Shown piece after piece: positions 1 to 6,075 of a stretch of DNA of 12,844 nucleotides. The first letter of the stretch is position 1, and the number at the start of each line of letters is the position of its first letter. The position numbers and the translations under genes were made by a program. Origin of the DNA: Candidatus Micrarchaeota archaeon (GTDB taxonomy: Archaea; B1Sed10-29); NCBI GenBank assembly GCA_964388265.1, contig CAYLXZ010000020.1, positions 1-12,844 on the forward strand, written 5' to 3'. The notes beneath the pieces are model-generated. The model was not told where the DNA came from, searched no databases, and saw only the letters and a list, made by a program, of their open reading frames with translations.

Positions 1-76
1 ATCCTGATACGATTAATACACCTGCTATTATAATCAGGTATTCCAGTGATCCTTGGGCTTTTTTGAGATTCTTCAT
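1..76 (-). CDS. Partial ORF (N-terminus only; continues past window start) encoding a class-III signal peptide / archaeal type-IV-pilin-like protein
   Basis: Reverse complement of nt 76..2 reads ATG AAG AAT CTC AAA AAA GCC CAA GGA TCA CTG GAA TAC CTG ATT ATA ATA GCA GGT GTA TTA ATC GTA TCA GGA, i.e. MKNLKKAQGSLEYLIIIAGVLIVSG. Basic N-terminus, then the QxSxEYL motif characteristic of archaeal class-III (prepilin-type) signal peptides, then a hydrophobic helix. AGGAG sits 8 nt upstream of the ATG (nt 85-89, minus strand). The ORF is too short in-window to appear in the ORF track. Confidence 0.5.
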   Translation of the reverse strand, partial: MKNLKKAQGSLEYLIIIAGVLIVSG

Positions 77-130
77 CTTGGTTTCTCCTTTAGGAAAAGA
101 AGGGAGGAGATATTTTTAATTGTTTTGGTT

Positions 131-877
131 TTATTCTTCTACTCTTGGTGCGAGGTAGTAGGTTAGTGTTGCGTCGCCTATTCCGTATCTGAGTTTTAGT
201 GGTGCGTCTTTCTTGAGGTTCATTGTGACTATGCTGCTGGAGGTTGCTCCTGCTAGTATGTTGTTTAGGTAGTCTATTGGGAACATGGCTTTTTCTTCAC
301 TATCTACCTTGTAGTCTAGTATTGGATCGTCGTCTTTGCCTATGGTGGTGTGTAGGTTTCCGTTATCTCCTTTTGCTTCGATTATGAATTCTTCTGAGGT
401 TGCTTTTAGGTTTACGTGGCTGGATACTAGGTTTGCGTCTTTTAGGTTTTCTTTTAGTGTTGAGCCGTTTAGTTTTACTTCGGTACCGTAGTCTATTGAT
501 GGTTCGTCTGCTGTTCCTTTGGATAGATCTAGTAGTGGTTGGTCGAACTCTCTTTTTATCTTGCCTTGGAACTTTAGTTTTAGTCTTGACCCTGAGTTTG
601 CTAGTGTTAGTTCTAGTGAGTCTTCTGGACGGCTTCTTTTGGTTCTGTCGTTCAGGTCGTCGAAGTTTAGTCCTATCATGTTTTCTTCTGGAACTTCGAA
701 TTCTGAGAATGCCGATTTTGGTAGCTGGAAGTTAACCATGGCTATTTGTGATGGGTCCATTGCTTTTAGTTGGATTCCTTCTTCGTCTATTTTGAACTGT
801 CCTTCGTTTACAAGGGTGTTGAGTGCTTTTATGCATTTTTTGAAGTTTCGTGCGTTTTCTAGTTCTAGTGTGAACAT
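131..877 (-). CDS. pcn: DNA polymerase sliding clamp PCNA
   Basis: 248 aa, typical PCNA length. N-terminus MFTLELENARNFKKCIKALNTLVNEGQFKIDEEGIQLKAMDPSQ and C-terminus LTYYLAPRVEE match archaeal PCNA conservation. Strong SD GGGAGGAG at 881-890 on the minus strand, 3 nt upstream of the ATG (875-877). Confidence 0.95.
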   Translation of the reverse strand: MFTLELENARNFKKCIKALNTLVNEGQFKIDEEGIQLKAMDPSQIAMVNFQLPKSAFSEFEVPEENMIGLNFDDLNDRTKRSRPEDSLELTLANSGSRLKLKFQGKIKREFDQPLLDLSKGTADEPSIDYGTEVKLNGSTLKENLKDANLVSSHVNLKATSEEFIIEAKGDNGNLHTTIGKDDDPILDYKVDSEEKAMFPIDYLNNILAGATSSSIVTMNLKKDAPLKLRYGIGDATLTYYLAPRVEE

Positions 878-954
878 TGGATCTCCTCCCGGTATATTTT
901 ATTTGTTCAAAGTATTTATTCTTTTTTAAGAATTATTGCGCTCAAGGGTGGTGT

Positions 955-1701
955 CTAGCAGGTGAGTTTGTATTCGTAGTCGGTTCCTTGGTTTGCGTGT
1001 CCTTCGCATACTGGGAATATGTCGCAGAAAAATAGCTTCACGTGCCCGAGTAGTGGTACTCGCCATCCTAGTTTTTTACCTACTAGCATTTTGTTGTTTA
1101 TTGGTGTTGAGATGCATGCTCCTGGGTTGTTCTGTAGGCATAGTCTTCTTTTTCCTTTCATTTTTTTCTGGGTCAGTTGATCAGGTATTGGGTTGGCGTC
1201 TCCCCAGGTTAGGAGGTACTGTTGGTTCTGTGTTTTTATCTTGGCTAGGGCTCTATGTATTATCTGTGATCCACCGGGGTTGGAGTAGTAGACCACGATT
1301 TCGTTTGACTCGTTCTTTTTCAGGTCTTTTCCGTTTATGGTAAGGGTTTCTTTCTGTGCGTTGAATGAGTAGTTTATCTCGTTGGACTGTAGATCTATGG
1401 TTGGTGCTTTAACGTTTTTTACTTGGGTTCCTTGTATTGCTAGGACGTTTCCTATGTCTAGGTAGGGTTCTTCGCTGCAGCTTGATACCACTATCAGGGG
1501 GCTTGAAGTGTTGAGTATGGCTGGAAGTATCACGAAGTAGATGACCACGGCTACTGCGATTGATATTGCCCAGTCTTTTCCTTCTCTTTTTATCCATTCT
1601 TTCTTGGTTTCTGGTTCTTCTTTTTCATCGGATGTGAATAAGCCTATGAATTTCTTTAGCCCTTTCTTCAGTATTTTTTTAGTCTTTTTTAGTTTATCCA
1701 T
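955..1701 (-). CDS. Signal peptidase I (archaeal Sec11/S26B type) with an atypical C-terminal Cys/His-rich extension
   Basis: N-terminal TM helix followed by LNTSSPLIVVSSCSEEP (compare archaeal SPase box B LNTDSPLVVVLSGSMEP; nucleophile Ser retained). IVVYYSNPGG...IIHRALAKI matches the His box. TWGDANPIPDQ matches the GDNN-type Asp box. An extra ~70-aa C-terminal tail carries C-x7-C ... C-x5-C-x2-H. The ATG at 1699-1701 overlaps the upstream DUF99 stop by 8 nt. Confidence 0.75.
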   Translation of the reverse strand: MDKLKKTKKILKKGLKKFIGLFTSDEKEEPETKKEWIKREGKDWAISIAVAVVIYFVILPAILNTSSPLIVVSSCSEEPYLDIGNVLAIQGTQVKNVKAPTIDLQSNEINYSFNAQKETLTINGKDLKKNESNEIVVYYSNPGGSQIIHRALAKIKTQNQQYLLTWGDANPIPDQLTQKKMKGKRRLCLQNNPGACISTPINNKMLVGKKLGWRVPLLGHVKLFFCDIFPVCEGHANQGTDYEYKLTC

Positions 1702-2242
1702 ATTCTGTGACTCCGCTGGCTATCAGGTGGCTTATTCTAAGTGGCTCTGGGTAGTTTCCTCTGTATGTTAGTTTATCTAGGAGTTTTTCTGCTTTTTCTT
1801 TCTTCATTCCTGTTGTTGAGTAGTGTATTTCTCCGTGTTGATGATACTTTGGGTTCTTGTCTATTATCTTCATTCTTTTTTCTTTTTTCTCGGTGTGTTG
1901 AAGTGCTTTTTCTACTTTTTCTTTGTTTGGTTTCTTTTTTAGTGTTGCTATTATGGGTTTTCCGGTTTCTTTGTTTATTTTCTTGTGGTCTAGGATGTTG
2001 AATCCTGCTACTGTGGTTCCGTTGGTGAGTATGGCTTTTGATTGCTGTATCTGGTTTGAGTTTTGAATCATTTGGATTATTTTCTGTGTTGAGTTGAGTC
2101 CGTCTATTTTGATGGTGGTGGATTCTATGTTTTCTATGTAGGTGGGTCCTTGGGTTGTGGTTGCTATGAGGGTTGTTTGTTTGTCTTTTTCTCGGTTGAA
2201 CTGTCCGTCGTCTATTGCTGTGACTTTTATCTTGTCTTTCAA
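1694..2242 (-). CDS. DUF99 / UPF0215 family protein (archaeal)
   Basis: 182 aa. Motifs VTAIDDGQF, IKIDGLNSTQ, VAGFNILD and GKPIIAT fit the conserved DUF99 pattern (IGxDDGxF ... DGxDxT ... AGFNxxD). Apparent TTG start at 2240-2242 with AGGTG 6-10 nt upstream. Confidence 0.8.
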   Translation of the reverse strand: MKDKIKVTAIDDGQFNREKDKQTTLIATTTQGPTYIENIESTTIKIDGLNSTQKIIQMIQNSNQIQQSKAILTNGTTVAGFNILDHKKINKETGKPIIATLKKKPNKEKVEKALQHTEKKEKRMKIIDKNPKYHQHGEIHYSTTGMKKEKAEKLLDKLTYRGNYPEPLRISHLIASGVTEYG

Positions 2243-2268
2243 GTTTACACCTTTGGTTTAAAAGGAGT

Positions 2269-2529
2269 TTATATTTGTTTTTCTAGTTCTTCTGCTTGGT
2301 TCTTTATCTGTTCAGCGGTTTCTTCAAGTATTTCTACTGGGTTTTTTCCTGTTGTTTCTATGTAGAAGTCTGGGTGTTCTAGTTTTGGGTGTTCTATGTC
2401 GTATTGTGCTATTTTGACGTCTTCTTTGTCTTGTAGGTTTTTTAGCAGTAGGTTTGAGAAACCGTGGCTTTCTTCTTTTAGTTTGAATTCGATTTCGTTG
2501 TCTTCTTGGTTTTCTATCTGTATTTCCAT
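2269..2529 (-). CDS. rpoL: DNA-directed RNA polymerase subunit L (Rpo11/RpoL)
   Basis: The ORF-track ORF 2269..2649 has a 40-codon basic N-terminal extension that overlaps csl4 out of frame. The conserved RpoL core begins at the internal Met, MEIQIENQEDNEIEFKLKEESHGFSNLLLKNLQ...EHPKLEHPDFYIETTG (87 aa). SD AGGTGA sits immediately upstream, and the csl4 stop (TAG 2538-2540) lies 8 nt before this ATG (2527-2529). Confidence 0.85.
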   Translation of the reverse strand: MEIQIENQEDNEIEFKLKEESHGFSNLLLKNLQDKEDVKIAQYDIEHPKLEHPDFYIETTGKNPVEILEETAEQIKNQAEELEKQI

Positions 2530-2537
2530 TTGATCAC

Positions 2538-3101
2538 CTATTTTAGTTTTCCTTTTCCGTAGTCTTTTGTTGTTTTTCTTGTGTCTTTTTTCCCGCATTC
2601 TGGGCATTTTACTTTGTCTCTTCCTGTTTTCTTCATTGCTGATCTGCATTTGGGGCAGTGTGCTTTTATCGCGCCTAGGTTTCCTTGGTCGGTTGTAAGT
2701 TCCACTGTGTGTGCGTTTACGTCTGTTATTTTTGCTCTTACTAGGTCTCCTACTTTGTATTGGGTTTTTACGTCTTCTATGTAGTCGTCTTTTATGTTCC
2801 CTATGTGTAGTATTGCTGATTTGTCGTGTGGTACGAACTTGAATTTCTTTGAGTCGAATGGAGCTAGGTCTAGTTGTACTATTTGCCCTGAGGCTTTTGT
2901 CACTTGCCCTAGTACTATTGTCCCTGGGTTCTGCATCTTCGGTATCTGTGTTTCTGCTCTTACTTCGGCGCTGTGTTGTTTTTTATCTAGTTTTAGGTCT
3001 CCTGTGTTGGATGAGTAGATTTCTCCGTCTTCGTTGTAGGTTCCGAATCCGGATTCGTATTCTTCTTGTGTTCCTACGTATTCTCCTGGTATTGTGAACA
3101 T
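2538..3101 (-). CDS. csl4: Exosome complex RNA-binding cap protein Csl4 (N-terminal domain + S1 domain + C-terminal Zn-ribbon)
   Basis: 187 aa. S1-like core (GTIVLGQVTKASGQIVQLDL...ILHIGNI...YKVGDLVRAKI) and C-terminal CPKC-x13-CPEC zinc ribbon, the characteristic archaeal Csl4 architecture. Adjacency to rpoL is a recurring archaeal arrangement. SD GGAGAG lies upstream of the ATG at 3099-3101. Confidence 0.85.
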   Translation of the reverse strand: MFTIPGEYVGTQEEYESGFGTYNEDGEIYSSNTGDLKLDKKQHSAEVRAETQIPKMQNPGTIVLGQVTKASGQIVQLDLAPFDSKKFKFVPHDKSAILHIGNIKDDYIEDVKTQYKVGDLVRAKITDVNAHTVELTTDQGNLGAIKAHCPKCRSAMKKTGRDKVKCPECGKKDTRKTTKDYGKGKLK

Positions 3102-3171
3102 CTTTATCTCTCCTATGTATCTATTTTTTAGAAGTTTGAAGTATTAGTTCTCCGTAGTTTTTACTGTCATC

Positions 3172-3188
3172 GGTTTATATAAATATAG
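3172..3188 (-). promoter_or_regulatory. Candidate archaeal TATA box (TATATTTATATAAA on the minus strand) for the csl4-rpoL-DUF99-SPase transcription unit
   Basis: AT-rich palindromic TATA-like element ~73 nt upstream of the csl4 ATG (3101). Would give a ~45-nt leader containing the SD GGAGAG. Confidence 0.35.
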
Positions 3189-3209
3189 GTAGTGAAATTC
3201 AAATGGCTT

Positions 3210-5090
3210 TTATTGTTGCCATTGTAGTGCTGGGTACCCTGTGTTTCCTTCGTGGTCACTATTCCAAGATGTCGCCTTCCAAGTATCTGTGAAATCCCAT
3301 CCTTCATAGGCATTAGGATAATAATCCAGGTAATCAGTCATATCCTCCGTGTTTCTACCAAAAACACCCGAACTGCTTCCATCTCCAACTCCACTCTCTT
3401 GATTAGTAGTCTCATTATTCCAATAAGAACCAGAAACACCACCCCAATTCCGTCCGATTAAACCACCAACACTCCAACCACCACCGGTTACAGAGCCAGT
3501 TGAATAACAAGAAGAAACACTACCCTGATCATTCCATCCGATTAAACCACCAACATCAACAGAGCCAGATACAGAGCCAGTCGAATAACAATCAGAAACA
3601 CCACCACCATTATATCCGACTAAACCACCAACAAGGCTATCACCAGTTATATTTATATTCTCCAATCCTACATTGGTTATTTTAGCACCGAAATCCGTAT
3701 AACCGAATAAACCAACATTGTTAGTGGATCCTCTGTCGATGTATAAATCGCTTATTGTGCGCCCTTGACCATCAAAAGTACCGGTGAAGGTGCCGATAGG
3801 GTTCCAGCCATTACCGGTATTGTAGTCTGAGTAACCTGCCGTATCTTCATCTAGGTCTCTCATAAGAGTATAATCCCCATCTAGATTGTTTCTCACGTCA
3901 TTAAGGTCGTGCCAGGTGCATATTTGTCCTCCATTGCATTCCCCGAAGTTCGCAGTTACTTCTTTATCTCCATTCATCGTGATTGCTGTGTCAGGAGAGT
4001 CGGTGTCATCGATTGTGCCGGTGTCTCCTGTCCAGTTCGCGAAGTAGTACCCTGTATTGGGAGAAGCGTTTAATGTAACTTCATTTCCTTCTTCATATGT
4101 AAATTCTCCTTCTCCAGGACCCTCTACAGATCCACCAGAGGTTGAACTCACGGTTAAATTATATTCTGTTGTTCCAGTAGCAGTGGTAAAGCTCCAGGTA
4201 GAACTCTGTGTAGTTGCTGAACCATCATCAGCAACAGCATACCAATTATAAGTAGTACCTGAATTTAGTCCACTCCATGTTACGGACGCGACTCCCCCAT
4301 CACTTATACTTGTCTGAGTTGAACCAATCTGGGAATTATCCGAAGCATCGCGGAATGTGACATCCATAGAATCTCCATCCGGATCCGATACATCCACACT
4401 CAGAGTAGGGTCAGTGGAAACTCCCGTAGCACCATCACTCGGAGAAGGATTAGTGGGCTCATTAGGAGCAGTATTACCCTCTCCAACATCTACAGTCTCA
4501 GTATAAGTATCCGTAGCACCGTCATCATCTGTGACTCTTAAGGTCACGTCGTAGTTTCCTCCTGAACTATAAGTGTAATCAGCTGTTTCTCCTGAACCTT
4601 CATATGTTCCGTCTGTGGTCCAGTCCCACTCATAACTAACTATACTTCCATCGGAGTCACTGGACTGATCAGTAAAATCACATGTTAAACCATCACAAGA
4701 ATAAGAGAAATCCGCTGTAGGAGCAGTATTATTCTCAGTTGTTCCATTATCACCGGTGGTGCCATTACCAGCTCCAATCTTAGTGGGTTCACCAGCTTTA
4801 CAGAGCTCAACCGCATCCGATGTTACTGGATCACCTGTAACTGGATCCATACAAGCTTCCTCACACTGAGTACATTCCGCGTCCGGAGTCAATAACTTCT
4901 CATTCTTACACTGAGCTGCCGCCTGCTTACACCTAGCCAAAGAAGCCTGCTCCTTCTGAGTGCCAAAAGAACCTGTTAAAAAAAGAACCACAATAGCAGC
5001 TATCGAAAGAACAGCCGCCAGAATAATCAAATACTCCAAAGCACCTTGACCTTCATCTAAATCACCGGAACTTAAAAATATTCGATTCAT
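3210..5090 (-). CDS. Large secreted/pilin-like surface protein: class-III signal peptide, Cys-rich stalk, PKD domain, beta-sandwich (FN3-like) domain, InlB-B-repeat-like domain, C-terminal GLUG-motif repeat domain
   Basis: Long ORF with a G/T/S/D-rich, extracellular-type composition. N-terminus MNRIFLSSGDLDEGQGALEYLIILAAVLSIAAIVVLF is a QxAxEYL class-III-type signal. The track's upstream GTG at 5117 would add 9 aa; the ATG at 5088-5090 is preferred. A 7-Cys segment (CKQAAAQCKNEKLLTPDAECTQCEEAC...) follows. Then a PKD-like domain (FSYSCDGLTCDFTD...YEWDW...YTYSSGGNYDVTLRVTDDDGATD). Then a YNLTVSSTSGGSVEGPG...GYYFANWTGD...VTANF InlB-B-repeat-like beta domain. The C-terminus is IxTxxDLxxVRNNLDGDYxL ... 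then three VGGLVG/VGGLIG (GLUG) repeats, ending ...GYPALQWQQ. Confidence 0.8.
   Translation of the reverse strand: MNRIFLSSGDLDEGQGALEYLIILAAVLSIAAIVVLFLTGSFGTQKEQASLARCKQAAAQCKNEKLLTPDAECTQCEEACMDPVTGDPVTSDAVELCKAGEPTKIGAGNGTTGDNGTTENNTAPTADFSYSCDGLTCDFTDQSSDSDGSIVSYEWDWTTDGTYEGSGETADYTYSSGGNYDVTLRVTDDDGATDTYTETVDVGEGNTAPNEPTNPSPSDGATGVSTDPTLSVDVSDPDGDSMDVTFRDASDNSQIGSTQTSISDGGVASVTWSGLNSGTTYNWYAVADDGSATTQSSTWSFTTATGTTEYNLTVSSTSGGSVEGPGEGEFTYEEGNEVTLNASPNTGYYFANWTGDTGTIDDTDSPDTAITMNGDKEVTANFGECNGGQICTWHDLNDVRNNLDGDYTLMRDLDEDTAGYSDYNTGNGWNPIGTFTGTFDGQGRTISDLYIDRGSTNNVGLFGYTDFGAKITNVGLENINITGDSLVGGLVGYNGGGVSDCYSTGSVSGSVDVGGLIGWNDQGSVSSCYSTGSVTGGGWSVGGLIGRNWGGVSGSYWNNETTNQESGVGDGSSSGVFGRNTEDMTDYLDYYPNAYEGWDFTDTWKATSWNSDHEGNTGYPALQWQQ
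3218..3322. repeat. 105-nt block 100% identical to 12141-12245 (3' coding end of both GLUG paralogs, direct orientation, offset 8923 nt)
   Basis: gccattgtagtgctgggtaccctgtgtttccttcgtggtcactattccaagatgtcgccttccaagtatctgtgaaatcccatccttcataggcattaggataat is present at both places. Identity includes all synonymous positions. Confidence 0.9.
3440..3640 (-). repeat. In-frame tandem coding repeats (GLUG motif units, periods 84 and 78 nt) with 18-nt near-identical cores ccgat/ctaaaccaccaaca at 3455-3472, 3539-3556 and 3617-3634
   Basis: Direct inspection. Each core encodes VGGLIG/VGGLVG on the minus strand. Confidence 0.8.
3799..3912. repeat. ~110-nt block nearly identical (2 mismatches, at 3855 and 3857) to 12731-12844. 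Offset 8932 nt, i.e. 9 nt different from the first block.
   Basis: ccagccattaccggtattgtagtctgagtaacctgccgtatcttcatctag(g/a)t(c/t)tctcataagagtataatccccatctagattgtttctcacgtcattaaggtcgtgc. Encodes the conserved HDLNDVRNNLDGDYTLMRDLDEDTAGYSDYNTGNGW segment. Probably continues beyond the window end. Confidence 0.85.
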
Positions 5091-5116
5091 AGTACATAAA
5101 AAATAAAGAACCTCCA

Positions 5117-5160
5117 CCTTAAATACTTAATCTTCTCTGGAACCTAGGATATAAAATAGT
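5117..5160. promoter_or_regulatory. Divergent promoter region between the GLUG surface-protein gene (-) and the SpoIIM-like gene (+)
   Basis: ATATAAAA (5149-5156) lies ~41 nt upstream of the + strand ATG (5194), with SD GAGGA in between. GTATTTAAG (minus strand, 5118-5126) lies ~30 nt upstream of the minus-strand ATG at 5090. Confidence 0.35.
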
Positions 5161-5193
5161 GAAAAGTAATTAAATACACGGAGTAGAGGAAAG

Positions 5194-6075
5194 ATGATTG
5201 AATCCTTATTCAATCCAAGAGAGGTAAAGGGAAAGAGCTCGAAGAGACTGGAGATATTCGTAGCCGGGGTAATATTCACTCTCGTAGGAACCTTGCTAGC
5301 TATCAATATACTTCCTCCAAAACCAGGAGTACAAGGACTAGGGTTCCTAGTAGTAGCTTTCATATCCATACCAGCAGCTCCATTCTACGTTCAGATATTC
5401 AAGATAGAAGAAAAAGAAGACATAGTAGAAAAAGGCAAATCAATCTTCTTCAGACACCTAGACATCATTGAGATATTCGGATTCTTCTTCCTCGCAGTAG
5501 TATTCGCTTCAAGCCTATTCTACGTCATAGCTCCACCAGAAGTAAGCAACACCGTGTTCACAGATCAAATCAATGACCTACAAGAAAAGAACATCATAAG
5601 TGGGAATGCTCACAAAGTAACAGGGCTGGGAACCACAAATTACGGTTTCCAGGAAATCCTCAGCAACAACATCGGGGTACTAGGACTTTCATTCCTATTC
5701 TCCTTCCTACTCGGATCCGGAGCTGTGTTCCTTATCTCTTGGAATGCCACGATAATCGGAGCTCTCATCGGTAAGATAGCTGATAATCCAGAGGCCTTTG
5801 GCTCGGTGGCTACTGGAAACATCTTCACCAATTACCTGATAGCTCTGCCTGTGACTCTGCTTAGGTTACTTCCCCATGGAATATTCGAAATAGGAGCTTA
5901 CTTCATAGGAGCAGTTGCAGGAGGAATACTGTCAGCCGGAGTGATAAGGGAAAGTATTAGAAATAGAAAAACTCAGTTCTCCCACTTAAAACAAGTTTTC
6001 ATAGACTCTCTTCTATATCTAGGTATCTCAATAATATTTGTAGTAGTTGGAGCTGCAGTTGAGTGCTCGATCTAG
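5194..6075 (+). CDS. SpoIIM / DUF95 family integral membrane protein
   Basis: 293 aa, multiple TM helices. The conserved motif LLPHGIFEIGAYFIGAVAGG matches the PHGIFE(L/I)PA signature of the stage-II-sporulation-protein-M/DUF95 family found in archaea. SD GAGGA sits 5-9 nt upstream of the ATG, and a TATA-like ATATAAAA lies at 5149-5156. Confidence 0.65.
   Translation: MIESLFNPREVKGKSSKRLEIFVAGVIFTLVGTLLAINILPPKPGVQGLGFLVVAFISIPAAPFYVQIFKIEEKEDIVEKGKSIFFRHLDIIEIFGFFFLAVVFASSLFYVIAPPEVSNTVFTDQINDLQEKNIISGNAHKVTGLGTTNYGFQEILSNNIGVLGLSFLFSFLLGSGAVFLISWNATIIGALIGKIADNPEAFGSVATGNIFTNYLIALPVTLLRLLPHGIFEIGAYFIGAVAGGILSAGVIRESIRNRKTQFSHLKQVFIDSLLYLGISIIFVVVGAAVECSI

Noticed and set aside
400-2001. 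Antisense/overlapping ORFs from the six-frame track (400..735+, 519..929+, 993..1343+, 1409..1597-, 1541..1771+, 1741..2001+), and similar ones elsewhere (2150..2365+, 2581..3097+, 3252..3685+, 4057..4251+, 5127..5369-, 5640..5831-, 6124..6657+, 7163..7474-, 7604..8200-, 8396..8686+, 9011..10455+, 10751..11676-, 12175..12384+)
   Set aside because: All lie inside and opposite to, or out of frame with, strongly supported conserved genes. They are Leu/Ser/Phe-rich low-complexity translations typical of the antisense of AT-rich, Lys/Glu-rich coding sequence. None has recognisable motifs or plausible RBS and start context.
2530-2649. N-terminal 40-codon extension of the rpoL ORF (MQISNEENRKRQSKMPRMREKRHKKNNKRLRKRKTKIGDQ) overlapping the csl4 3' end
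   Set aside because: It overlaps the well-supported Csl4 Zn-ribbon coding region in another frame. It is low-complexity and basic (the reverse-frame artefact of Lys-rich coding sequence). The conserved RpoL core starts at the internal ATG (2527-2529), which has its own SD.
3440-3640. CRISPR-like array suggested by regularly spaced 18-nt repeats
   Set aside because: The repeats are in-frame within a long ORF and encode the GLUG peptide motif. Spacers are 60-66 nt of related coding sequence. There are no cas genes. It is a protein-coding tandem repeat, not a CRISPR.
3218-3912. Diversity-generating retroelement (template/variable repeat pair) as explanation for the near-identical ~105-110-nt blocks at the 3' ends of the surface-protein genes
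   Set aside because: No reverse transcriptase ORF anywhere in the window. The differences between copies are not adenine-specific. Both copies sit in-frame inside complete paralogous coding regions and flank a diverged repeat region. Paralog gene conversion fits better than TR/VR mutagenic homing.
5088-5117. GTG at 5117 (track start, MEVLYFLCT...) as the true start of the large surface protein
   Set aside because: Not excluded. The ATG at 5088-5090 gives a more typical short, charged n-region before the QxAxEYL motif, and a TATA-like element (GTATTTAAG) sits ~30 nt upstream of it. The 9 extra hydrophobic residues (EVLYFLCT) are atypical for a class-III signal n-region.
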